Assembly: GCF_964355755.1 (NCBI RefSeq) | Contig: NC_092679.1 | Location: 8,524,201-8,588,200 of the forward strand | Source of the DNA: Antedon mediterranea | Taxonomy: Eukaryota > Animalia > Echinodermata | Length of the DNA stretch: 64,000 bases | Direction: 5' to 3' | Shown here: one piece after another, positions 1 through 13,175 of the stretch | Layout: each line of letters opens with the position of its first letter | Numbering within the stretch: position 1 is the stretch's first letter | The notes under the pieces: generated by a model | The model's input: the letters and a program-made list of their open reading frames with translations, nothing else | Told to the model about the DNA's origin: nothing | Database searches by the model: none | Translations under genes and position numbers: made by a program

Positions 1-2569
1 AGATCAGAGAGAGGGAGAGATAGATCAGCGATAGAGATATAGATCATCAGCGAGAGAGATAGATCAGCGAGAGAGATATAGATCAACGAGAGAGAGATAG
101 ATCAGCGAGAGAGATAGATCAGCGAGAGAGAGATAGATCAGCGAGAGAGAGATAGATCTGCGAGAGAGAGATAGATCAGCTAGAGAGAGATAGATAGATC
201 AGCGAGAGAGATAGATCAGCGAGAGAGATACAGATCAGCGAGAGAGAGATAGATCAGCGAGAGATAGATAGATCAGCGAGAGAGAGAGAGAGATAGATCA
301 GCAAGAAAGAGATAGACCAGCGAGAGAGAGATAGAATCAGCGAGAGAGAGAGAGAGATAGATCAGCGAGAGAGATAGATCAGCGAGAGAGAGATAGATCA
401 GCGAGAGGGAGAGATAGATCAGCGATAGAGATATAGATCAGCGAGAGAGATAGATCAGCGAGAGAGATATAGATCAACGAGAGAGAGATAGATCAGCGAG
501 AGAGATAGATCAGCGAGAGAGAGAATGATCAGCGAGAGAGAGATAGATCAGTGAGAGAGAGATAGATCAGCGAGAGAGAGATAGATTAGCGAGAGAGAGA
601 TAGATCAGCGAGAGAGAGAGATATAGATCAGAGAGAGAGAGATAGATCAGCGAGAGAGAGATAGATCAGCGAGAGAGAAATAGATTAGCAAGAGAGAGAT
701 AGATCAGCGAGAGAGAGATAGATCAGCGAGAGAGAGATAGATCAGCGAGAGAGAGATAAATCAGCGAGAGAGAGATAGATCAGCGAGAGAGAGATAGATA
801 GATCAGCGAAAGAGAGATAGATAGATCAGCGAGAGAGAGATAGATCAGCGAGAGAGATATAGATCAGCGAGAGAAAGATAGATCAGCGAGAGATAGATAG
901 ATCAGCGAGAGAGAGATAGATCAGCAAGAAAGAGATAGATCAGCGAGAGTGAGAGAGATAGATCAGCGAGAGCGAGATAGATTAGCGAGAGAGAGATAGA
1001 TCAGCGAGAGAGAGATAGATCAGCGAGAGAGAGAGAGATAGATCAGCGAGAAAGAGATAGATCAGCGAGAGAGATAGATAGATCAGCGAGAGATAGATAG
1101 ATCAGCGAGAGAGAGAGAGAGATAGATCAGCAAGAGAGAGATAGATCAGCGAGAGAGAGAGATAGATCAGCGAGAGCGATATAGATTAGCGAGAGAGAGA
1201 TAGATCAGCGAGAGAGAGATAGATCAGCGAGAGAGAGAGAGAGATAGATCAGCGAGAAAGAGATAGATCAGCGAGAGAGATAGATAGATCAGCGAGAAAG
1301 AGATAGATCAGCGAGAGAGAGAGAGAGAGATAGATCAGCGAGAGAGAGAGAGAGAGAGAGAGATAGATCAGCGAGAGAGAGAGAGATAGATCAGCGAGAG
1401 AGAGATAGATCAGCGAGAGAGAGAGATAGATCAGCGAGAGGGAGAGATAGATCAGCGAGAGAGAGATAGATCAGCGAGAGAGAGATAGATCAGCGAGAGA
1501 GAGATAGATCAGCGAGAGAGAGAGAGAGAGAGATCAGCGAGAAAGAGATAGATCAGCGAGAGAGAGATAGATCAGCTAGAGAGAGAGAGATAGATCAGCG
1601 ATATAGAGAAAGATCAGCGAGAGAGAGATAGATCAGCGACAGAGAGATAGATCAGCGAGAGAGAGATAGATCAGCGACAGAGATATAGATCAGCGAGAGA
1701 GAGATAGATCAGCGAAAGATAGATAGATCAGCGAGAGAGAGAGAGATAGATCAGCAAGAGAGAGATAGATCAGCAAGAGAGAGATAGATCAGCGAGAGAG
1801 AGAGATAGATCAGCGAGAGCGAGATAGATTAGCGAGAGAGAGATAGATCAGCGAGAGAGAGATAGATCAGCGAGAGAGAGAGATAGATCAGCGAGAAAGA
1901 GATAGATCAGCGAGAGAGATAGATAGATCAGCGAGAGAGAGAGATAGATCAGCGAGAGAGAGAGAGAGATAGATCAGCGAGAGAGAGAGATATAGATCAG
2001 CGAGAGAGAGATAGATAAGCGAGAGGGAGAGATAGATCAGCGAGAGAGAGATAGATCAGCGAGAGAGAGAGAGAGATCAGCGAGAGAGAGAGAGATAGAT
2101 AGGCGAGAGAGAGATAGATCAGCGAGAGAGAGAGATAGATCAGCGAGAGAGAGATAGATCAGCGAGAGAGAAAAAGATCAGCGAGAGAGAGATAGATCAG
2201 CGACAGAGAGATAGATCAGTGAGAGAGAGATAGATCAGCGAGAGAGATATAGATCAGCGAGAGAGATTGATCAGCGAGAGAGAGAGATAGATCAGCGAGA
2301 GAGAGAAAGATCAGCGAGAGAGAGATAGATCAGCGAGAGAGAGATAGATCAGCGAGAGAGATAGATCAGCCAGAGGGAGAGATAGATCAGCGAGAGAGAG
2401 AGATAGATCAGCGAGAGAGATAGATCAGCGAGAGAGAGATAGATAAGCAAGAGAGAGATAGATTAGCGAGAGAGAGATAGATCAGCGAGAGAGAGATAGA
2501 TCAGCGAGAGAGAGAGAGGTCAGCGAGAGAGATCAGCGAGAGAGAGACAGATAGATCAGCGAGAGAGAG

Positions 2570-5480
2570 ACAGATAGATCAGCGAGAGAGAGTGAGAGAG
2601 ATAGATCAGCGAGAGAGAGAGAGAGATAGATCAGCGAGAAAGAGAGATAGATCAGTGAGAGAGAGATAGATCAGCGAGAGAGAAAAAGATCAGCGAGAGA
2701 GAGATAGATCAGCGACAGAGAGATAGATCAGCGAGAGAGAGATAGATCAGCGAGAGAGATATAGATCAGCGAGAGAGATAGATCAGCGAGAGAGAGATAG
2801 ATCAGCGAGAGAGAGAAAGATCAGCGAGAGAGAGATAGATCAGCGAGAGAGAGATAGATCAGCGAGAGAGATAGATCAGCGAGAGAGAGATAGATTAGCG
2901 AGAGAGAGAGAGAGATAGATCAGCGAGAGAGATAGATCAGCGAGAGAGAGATAGATAAGCGAAAGAGAGATAGATTAGCGAGAGAGAGATAGATCAGCAA
3001 GAGAGAGAGATAGATCAGCGAGAGAGAGAAAGATCAGCGAGAGAGAGATAGATCAGCGAGAGAGAGATAGATCAGCGAGAGAGAGAGAGATAGATCAGCG
3101 CGAGAGAAAGAGATAGATCAGCGAGAGAGATAGATCAGCGAGAGAGAGATAGATAAGCGAGAGAGATATAGATTATAGCGAGAGAGAGATAGATCAGCGA
3201 GAGAGAGACAGATAGATCAGCGAGAGAGAGTGAGAGAGATAGATCAGCGAGAGAGGGTGAGAGAGATAGATCAGCGAGAGAGAGATAGATCAGCGAGAGA
3301 GAGAGATAGATAGATCAGCGAGAGAAAGATAGATAGATCAGCGAGAGAGAGAGAGGGATAAGCGAGAGAGAAATAGATAGATCAGCGAGAGAGAGATAGG
3401 TCAGCGAGAGAGAGATAGATCAGCTAGAGAGATAGATAGATCAGCGAGAGAGAGATAGATCAGCGAAAGAGAGAGAGAGAGAGAGAGAGATAGATCAGCG
3501 AGAGAGAGAGAGAGATAGATCAGCGAGAGAGAGATAGATCAGCGAGAGAGAGATAGATCAGCGAGAGGTAGAGATAGATCAGCGAGAGAGAGATAGATCA
3601 GCGAGAGAGATAGATCAGCGAGAGAGAGATAGATCAGCGAGAGAGAGATAGATCAGCGAGAGAGAGATAGATCAGCGAGAGAGAGAGAGAGATAGATCAG
3701 CGAGAGAGAGAAAGATCAGCGAGAGAGAGATAGGTCAGCAACAGAGAGATAGATCAGCGAGAGAGAAAAAAATCAGCGAGAGAGAGATAGATCAGCGAAA
3801 GAGAGAGATAGATCAGCGCGAGAGAGAGATAGATCAGCGAGAGAGATAGATCAGCGAGAGAGAGATAGATAAGCGAGAGAGATATAGATTAGCGAGAGAG
3901 AGATAGATCAGCGAGAGAGAGATAGATCAGCGAGAGAGAGAGATAGATCAGCGCGAGAGAAAGAGATAGATCAGCGAGAGAGATAGATCAGCGAGAGAGA
4001 GATAGATAAGCGAGAGAGATATAGATTATAGCGAGAGAGAGATAGATCAGCGAGAGAGAGACAGATAGATCAGCGAGAGAGAGTGAGAGAGATAGATCAG
4101 CGAGAGAGAGAGAGAGAGAGATAGATCAGCGAGAAAGAGAGATAGATCAGCGAGAGAGAGATAGATCAGCGAGAGAGAAAAAGATCAGCGAGAGAGAGAT
4201 AGATCAGCGACAGAGAGATAGATCAGCGAGAGAGAGATAGATCAGCGAGAGAGATATAGATCAGCGAGAGAGATAGATCAGCGAGAGAGAGATAGATCAG
4301 CGAGAGAGAGAAAGATCAGCAAGAGAGAGATAGATCAGCGAGAGAGAGATAGATCAGCGAGAGAGATAGATCAGCGAGAGAGAGAGATAGATTAGCGAGA
4401 GAGAGAGAGAGAGATAGATCAGCGAGAGAGATAGATCAGCGAGAGAGAGATAGATAAGCGAGAGAGAGATAGATTAGCGAGAGAGAGATAGATCAGCAAG
4501 AGAGAGAGATAGATCAGCGAGAGAGAGAAAGATCAGCGAGAGAGAGATAGATCAGCGAGAGAGAGATAGATCAGCGAGAGAGAGAGATAGATCAGCGCGA
4601 GAGAAAGAGATAGATCAGCGAGAGAGATAGATCAGCGAGAGAGAGATAGATAAGCGAGAGAGATATAGATTATAGCGAGAGAGAGATAGATCAGCGAGAG
4701 AGAGACAGATAGATCAGCGAGAGAGAGTGAGAGAGATAGATCAGCGAGAGAGGGTGAGAGAGATAGATCAGCGAGAGAGAGATAGATCAGCGAGAGAGAG
4801 AGATAGATAGATCAGCGAGAGAAAGATAGATAGATCAGCGAGAGAGAGAAGGATCAGCGAGAGAGAAATAGATAGATCAGCGAGAGAGAGATAGGTCAGC
4901 GAGAGAGAGAGATAGATCAGCTAGAGAGATAGATAGATCAGCGAGAGAGAGATAGATCAGCGAAAGAGAGAGAGAGAGAGAGATAGATCAGCGAGAGAGA
5001 GAGAGATAGATCAGCGAGAGAGAGATAGATCAGCGAGAGAGAGATAGATCAGCGAGAGGTAGAGATAGATCAGCGAGAGAGAGATAGATCAGCGAGAGAG
5101 ATAGATCAGCGAGAGAGAGATAGATCAGCGAGAGAGAGATAGATCAGCGAGAGAGAGATAGATCAGCGAGAGAGAGAGAGAGAGATAGATCAGCGAGAGA
5201 GAGAAAGATCAGCGAGAGAGAGATAGGTCAGCAACAGAGAGATAGATCAGCGAGAGAGAAAAAGATCAGCGAGAGAGAGATAGATCAGCGAGAGAGAGAG
5301 ATAGATCAGCGCGAGAGAGAGAGATAGATCAGCGAGAGAGATAGATCAGCGAGAGAGAGATAGATAAGCGAGAGAGATATAGATTAGCGAGAGAGAGATA
5401 GATCAGCGAGAGAGAGATAGATCAGCGAGAGAGAGAGATAGATCAGCGCGAGAGAAAGAGATAGATCAGCGAGAGAGATA
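2570..5480 (+). repeat. ~1.49 kb tandem duplication within the array
   Basis: Rare markers recur at an offset of ~1,490-1,497: GATTATAGC (3171/4668), GAGGTAGAG (~3565/~5056), GGTCAGCAACAG (~3733/~5225). Confidence 0.8.
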
Positions 5481-6779
5481 GATCAGCGAGAGAGAGAGAG
5501 ATCAGCGAGAGAGATAGATCAGCGAGAGAGAGAGATAGATCAGCGAGAGAGAGATAGATCAGCGAGAGGGAGAGATAGATCAGCGAGAGAGAGATAGATC
5601 AGCGAGAGAGAGAGATAGATCAGCGACAGAGAGATAGATCAGCGAGAGAGATAGATCAGCGAAAGAGAGATAGATAGATCAGCGAGAGAGAGATAGATAG
5701 ATCAGCGAGAGAGAGATAGATAGATCAGCGAGAGAGAGATAGATAGATCAGCGAGAGAGAGATAGATCAGCGAGAGAGAGATAGATAGATCAGCGAGAGA
5801 GAGATAGGTCAGCGAGAGAGAGATAGATCAGTGAGAGAGATAGATAGATCAGCGAGAGAGAGATAGATCAGTGAGAGAGAGAGAGAGATAGATCAGCGAG
5901 AGAGAGATAGATCAGTGAGAGAGAGATAGATCAGCGAGAGGGAGAGATAGATCAGCGAGAGAGAGATAGATCAGCGAGAGAGATAGACCAGCGAGAGAGA
6001 GATAGATCAGCGAGAGAGATAGATCAGCGAGAGAGAGAGATAGATCAGCGAGAGAGAGAGATAGATCAGCGAGAGAGAGAAAGATCAGCGAGAGAGAGAT
6101 AGGTCAGCGACAGAGAGATAGATCAGCGAGAGAGAAATAGATCAGCGAGAGAGAGATAGATCAGCGAGAGAGAGATAGATCAGCGAGAGAGAGATAGATC
6201 AGCGAGAGAGAGATAGATAGATCAGCGAGAGAGAGATAGATAGATCAGCGAGAAAGAGATAGATCAGCGAGAGAGATATAGATCAGCGAGAGAAAGATAG
6301 ATCAGCGAGAGATAGATAGATCAGCGAAAGAGAGACAGATAGATCAGCAAGAGAGAGATAGATCAGCGAGAGTGAGAGAGATAGATCAGCGAGAGCGAGA
6401 TAGATTAGCGAGAGAGAGATAGATCAGCGAGAGAGAGATAGATCAGCGAGAGAGAGAGAGAGATAGATCAGCGAGAAAGAGATAGATCAGCGAGAGAGAT
6501 AGATAGATCAGCGAGAGATAGATAGATCAGCGAGAGAGAGAGAGATAGATCAGCAAGAGAGAGATAGATCAGCGAGAGAGAAATAAATCAGCGAGAGAGA
6601 GATAGATCAGCGAGAGAGAGATAGATCAGCGAGAGAGAGATAGATCAGCGAGAGAGAGATAGATAGATCAGCGAGAGAGAGATAGATAGATCAGCGAGAG
6701 AGAGATAGATCAGCGAGAGAGATATAGATCAGCGAGAGAAAGATAGATCAGCGAGAGATAGATAGATCAGCGAGAGAGA

Positions 6780-9700
6780 GAGAGAGATAGATCAGCAAGA
6801 GAGAGATAGATAAGCGAGAGAGAGATAGATTAGCGAGAGAGAGATAGATCAGCGAGAGAGAGATAGATCAGCGAGAAAGAGATAGATCAGCGAGAGAGAT
6901 AGATAGATCAGCGAGAGATAGATAGATCAGTGAGAGAGAGAGAGATAGATCAGCAAGAGAGAGATAGATCAGCGAGAGAGAAATAGATCAGCGAGAGAGA
7001 GATAGATCAGCGAGAGAGAGATAGATCAGCGAGAGAGAGATAGATCAGCGAGAGAGAGATAGATAGATCAGCGAGAGAGAGATAGATAGATCAGCGAGAG
7101 AGAGATAGATCAGCGAGAGAGATATAGATCAGCGAGAGAAAGATAGATCAGCGAGAGATAGATAGATCAGCGAGAGAGAGAGAGATAGATCAGCAAGAGA
7201 GAGATAGATCAGCGAGAGTGAGAGAGATAGATCAGCGAGAGCGAGATAGATTAGCGAGAGAGAGATAGATCAGCGAGAGAGAGATAGATCAGCGAGAGAG
7301 AGAGAGATAGATCAGCGAGAAAGAGATAGATCAGCGAGAGAGATAGATAGATCAGCGAGAGATAGATAGATCAGCGAGAGAGAGAGAGATAGATCAGCAA
7401 GAGAGAGATAGATCAGCGAGAGAGAGAGATAGATCAGCGAGAGCGAGATAGATTAGCGAGAGAGAGATAGATCAGCGAGAGAGAGATAGATCAGCGAGAG
7501 AGAGAGAGAGATAGATCAGCGAGAAAGAGATAGATCAGCGAGAGAGATAGATAGATCAGCGAGAAAGAGATAGATCTGCGAGAGAGAGAGAGAGATAGAT
7601 CAGCGAGAGAGAGAGAGAGAGATAGATCAGCGAGAGAGAGAGAGATAGATCAGCGAGAGAGAGATAGATCAGCGAGAGAGAGATAGATCAGCGAGAAGGA
7701 GAGATAGATCAGCGAGAGAGAGAGATAGATCAGCGAGAAAGAGATAGATCAGCGAGAGAGAGATAGATCAGCGAGAGAGATAGATCAGCGAGAGAGAGAG
7801 ATAGATCAGCGAGAGAGAGAGAGAGATAGATCAGCGAGAGAGAGAAAGATCAGCGAGAGAGAGATAGGTCAGCGACCGAGAGATAGATCAGCGAGAGAGA
7901 GATAGATCAGCGAGAGAGATATAGATCAGCGAGAGAGATAGATCAGCGAGAGAGAGAGAGATAGATCAGCGAGAGAGAGAAAGATCAGCGAGAGAGAGAT
8001 AGATAAGTGAGAGAGAGATAGATAAGCGAGAGAGAGATAGATTAGCGAGAGAGAGATAGATCAGCGAGAGAGAGATAGATCAGCGAGAGAGAGAGAGATC
8101 AGCGAGAGAGAGAGATAGATCAGTGAGACAGAGATAGATCAGCGAGAGAGAGATAGATCAGCGAGAGAGAGATAGATCAGCGAGAGAGAGATATATCAGC
8201 GAGAGAGAGAGAGAGAGAGATCAGCGAGAGAGAGAGATAGATCAGCGAGAGAGAGAGATAGATCAGCGAGAGAGAGAGAGATAGATGAGCGAGAGAAAGT
8301 GAGAGAGATAGATCAGCGAGAGAGAGATAGATAGATCAGCGAGAGAGAGATAGATAGATCAGCGAGAGAGAGATAGATAGATCAGCGAGAGAGAGATAGA
8401 TAGATCAGCGAGAGAGAGATAGATCAGCGAGAGAGAGATAGATAGATCAGCGAGAGAGAGATAGGTCAGCGAGAGAGAGATAGATCAGTGAGAGAGATAG
8501 ATAGATCAGCGAGAGAGAGATAGATCAGCGAGAGAGAGAGAGAGATAGATCAGCGAGAGAGAGAGAGAGAGATAGATCAGCGAGAGAGAGATAGATCAGC
8601 GAGAGAGAGATAGATCAGCGAGAGGAAGAGATAGATCAGCGAGAGAGAGATAGATCAGCGAGAGAGATAGACCAGCGAGAGAGAGATAGATCAGCGAGAG
8701 AGATAGATCAGCGAGAGAGAGAGATAGATCAGCGAGAGAGAGAGAGATAGATCAGCGAGAGAGAGAGAGATAGATCAGCAAGAGAGAGATAGATCAGCGA
8801 GAGAGAAATAGATCAGCGAGAGAGAGATAGATCAGCGAGAGAGAGATAGATCAGCGAGAGAGAGATAGATCAGCGAGAGAGAGATAGATAGATCAGCGAG
8901 AGAGAGATAGATAGATCAGCGAGAGAGAGATAGATCAGCGAGAGAGATATAGATCAGCGAGAGAAAGATAGATCAGCGAGAGATAGATAGATCAGCGAGA
9001 GAGAGAGAGAGATAGATCAGCAAGAGAGAGATAGATAAGCGAGAGAGAGATAGATTAGCGAGAGAGAGATAGATCAGCGAGAGAGAGATAGATCAGCGAG
9101 AAAGAGATAGATCAGCGAGAGAGATAGATAGATCAGCGAGAGATAGATAGATCAGTGAGAGAGAGAGAGATAGATCAGCAAGAGAGAGATAGATCAGCGA
9201 GAGAGAAATAGATCAGCGAGAGAGAGATAGATCAGCGAGAGAGAGATAGATCAGCGAGAGAGAGATAGATCAGCGAGAGAGAGATAGATAGATCAGCGAG
9301 AGAGAGATAGATCAGCGAGAGAGATATAGATCAGCGAGAGAAAGATAGATCAGCGAGAGATAGATAGATCAGCGAGAGAGAGAGAGATAGATCAGCAAGA
9401 GAGAGATAGATCAGCGAGAGTGAGAGAGATAGATCAGCGAGAGCGAGATAGATTAGCGAGAGAGAGATAGATCAGCGAGAGAGAGATAGATCAGCGAGAG
9501 AGAGAGAGATAGATCAGCGAGAAAGAGATAGATCAGCGAGAGAGATAGATAGATCAGCGAGAGATAGATAGATCAGCGAGAGAGAGAGAGATAGATCAGC
9601 AAGAGAGAGATAGATCAGCGAGAGAGAGAGATAGATCAGCGAGAGCGAGATAGATTAGCGAGAGAGAGATAGATCAGCGAGAGAGAGATAGATCAGCGAG

Positions 9701-11280
9701 AGAGAGAGAGAGATAGATCAGCGAGAAAGAGATAGATCAGCGAGAGAGATAGATAGATCAGCGAGAAAGAGATAGATCTGCGAGAGAGAGAGAGAGAGAT
9801 AGATCAGCGAGAGAGAGAGAGAGAGAGATAGATCAGCGAGAGAGAGAGAGATAGATCAGCGAGAGAGAGATAGATCAGCGAGAGAGAGATAGATCAGCGA
9901 GAGGGAGAGATAGATCAGCGAGAGAGAGAGATAGATCAGCGAGAAAGAGATAGATCAGCGAGAGAGAGATAGATCAGCGAGAGAGATAGATCAGCGAGAG
10001 AGAGAGATAGATCAGCGAGAGAGAGAGAGAGATAGATCAGCGAGAGAGAGAAAGATCAGCGAGAGAGAGATAGGTCAGCGACCGAGAGATAGATCAGCGA
10101 GAGAGAGATAGATCAGCGAGAGAGATATAGATCAGCGAGAGAGATAGATCAGCGAGAGAGAGAGAGATAGATCAGCGAGAGAGAGAAAGATCAGCGAGAG
10201 AGAGATAGATAAGTGAGAGAGAGATAGATAAGCGAGAGAGAGATAGATTAGCGAGAGAGAGATAGATCAGCGAGAGAGAGATAGATCAGCGAGAGAGAGA
10301 GAGATCAACGAGAGAGAGAGATAGATCAGTGAGACAGAGATAGATCAGCGAGAGAGAGATAGATCAGCGAGAGAGAGATAGATCAGCGAGAGAGAGATAG
10401 ATCAGCGAGAGAGAGAGAGAGAGAGATCAGCGAGAGAGAGAGATAGATCAGCGAGAGAGAGAGATAGATCAGCGAGAGAGAGAGAGATAGATGAGCGAGA
10501 GAAAGTGAGAGAGATAGATCAGCAAGAGAGAGATAGATCAGCGAGAGAGAGATAGATAGATCAGCGAGAGAGAGATAGATAGATCAGCGAGAGAGAGATA
10601 GATAGATCAGCGAGAGAGAGATAGATCAGCGAGAGAGAGATAGATAGATCAGCGAGAGAGAGATAGGTCAGCGAGAGAGAGATAGATCAGTGAGAGAGAT
10701 AGATAGATCAGCGAGAGAGAGATAGATCAGCGAGAGAGAGAGAGAGAGATAGATCAGCGAGAGAGAGAGAGAGATAGATCAGCGAGAGAGAGATAGATCA
10801 GCGAGAGAGAGATAGATCAGCGAGAGGAAGAGATAGATCAGCGAGAGAGAGATAGATCAGCGAGAGAGATAGACCAGCGAGAGAGAGATAGATCAGCGAG
10901 AGAGATAGATCAGCGAGAGAGAGAGATAGATCAGCGAGAGAGAGAGAGATAGATCAGCGAGAGAGAGAGAGATAGATCAGCAAGAGAGAGATAGATCAGC
11001 GAGAGAGAAATAGATCAGCGAGAGAGAGATAGATCAGCGAGAGAGAGATAGATCAGCGAGAGAGAGATAGATCAGCGAGAGAGAGATAGATAGATCAGCG
11101 AGAGAGAGATAGATAGATCAGCGAGAGAGAGATAGATCAGCGAGAGAGATATAGATCAGCGAGAGAAAGATAGATCAGCGAGAGATAGATAGATCAGCGA
11201 GAGAGAGAGAGAGATAGATCAGCAAGAGAGAGATAGATAAGCGAGAGAGAGATAGATTAGCGAGAGAGAGATAGATCAGC
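6780..11280 (+). repeat. ~2.2 kb tandem duplication within the array
   Basis: Markers recur at an offset of ~2,200: CGACCGAG (~7873/~10079), GATGAGCGAGAGAAAGTG (8284/10490), GAGGAAGAG (~8622/~10824). Confidence 0.8.
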
Positions 11281-12029
11281 GAGAGAGAGATAGATCAGCG
11301 AGAGAGAGAGAGAGATAGATCAGCGAGAGAGAGAGAGAGATAGATCAGCGAGAGAGAGATAGATCAGCGAGAGAGAGATAGATCAGCGAGAGGAAGAGAT
11401 AGATCAGCGAGAGAGAGATAGATCAGCGAGAGAGATAGACCAGCGAGAGAGAGATAGATCAGCGAGAGAGATAGATCAGCGAGAGAGAGAGATAGATCAG
11501 CGAGAGAGAGAGAGATAGATCAGCGAGAGAGAGAAAGATCAGCGAGAGAGATATAGATCAGCGAGAGAGAGATAGATCAGCGAGAGAGAGATAGATCAGC
11601 GAGAGAGAGATAGATTAGCAAGAGAGAGATAGATCAGCGAGAGAGAGATAGATCAGCGAGAGAGAGAGATCAGCGAGAGAGAGATAGATCAGCGAGAGAG
11701 AGATAGATCTGCGAGAGAGAGATAGATCAGCGAGAGAGAGATAGATAGATCAGCGAGAGAGATAGATCAGCGAGAGAGATACAGATCAGCGAGAGAGAGA
11801 TAGATCAGTGAGAGAGACATAGATAAGCGAGAGAGAGATAGATTAGCGAGAGAGAGATAGATCAGCGAGAGAGAGATAGATCAGCGAGAGAGAGAGAGAT
11901 CAGCGAGAGAGAGAGATAGATCAGTGAGACAGAGATAGATCAGCGAGAGAGAGAGAGATAGATCAGCGAGAGAGAGATAGATCAGCGAGAGAGATAGATC
12001 AGCGAGAGAGAGAGAGAGAGATCAGCGAG

Positions 12030-13138
12030 AGAGAGAGAGATAGATCAGCGAGAGAGAGATAGATCAGCGAGAGAGAGAGAGATAGATGAGCGAGAGAGAG
12101 TGAGAGAGATAGATCAGCAAGAGAGAGATAGATCAGCGAGAGAGAGATAGATAGATCAGCGAGAGAGAGATAGATAGATCAGCGAGAGAGAGATAGATAG
12201 ATCAGCGAGAGAGAGATAGATAAGCGAGAGAGAGATAGATAGATCAGCGAGAGAGAGATAGGTCAGCGAGAGAGAGATAGATCAGTGAGAGAGATAGATA
12301 GATCAGCGAGAGAGAGATAGATCAGCGAGAGAGAGAGAGAGAGATAGATCAGCGAGAGAGAGAGAGATAGATCAGCGAGAGAGAGATAGATCAGCGAGAG
12401 AGAGATAGATCAGCGAGAAGGAGAGATAGATCAGCGAGAGAGAGATAGATCAGCGAGAGAGATAGACCAGCGAGAGAGAGATAGATCAGCGAGAGAGATA
12501 GATCAGCGAGAGAGAGAGATAGATCAGCGAGAGAGAGAGAGAGAGATAGATCAGCGAGAGAGAGAAAGATCAGCGAGAGAGAGATAGGTCAGCGACAGAG
12601 AGATAGATCAGCGAGAGAGAAATAGATCAGCGAGAGAGATATAGATCAGCGAGAGAGAGATAGATCAGCGAGAGAGAGATAGATCAGCGAGAGAGAGATA
12701 GATTAGCAAGAGAGAGATAGATCAGCGAGAGAGAGATAGATCAGCGAGAGAGAGAGATCAGCGAGAGAGAGATAGATCAGCGAGAGAGAGATAGATCTGC
12801 GAGAGAGAGATAGATCAGCGAGAGAGAGATAGATAGATCAGCGAGAGAAATAGATCAGCGAGAGAGATACAGATCAGCGAGAGAGAGATAGATCAGCGAG
12901 AGATAGATAGATCAGCGAGAGAGAGAGATAGATCAGCAAGAGAGAGATAGATCAGCGAGAGAGAGAGATAGATCAGCGAGAGCGAGATAGATTAGCGAGA
13001 GAGAGATAGATCAGCGAGAGAGAGATAGATCAGCGAGAGAGAGAAAGATAGATCAGCGAGAAAGAGATAGATCAGTGAGAGAGATAGATAGATCAGCGAG
13101 AGAGAGATAGATCAGCGAGAGAGAGAGAGAGATAGATA

Positions 13139-13175
<37 letters not shown>

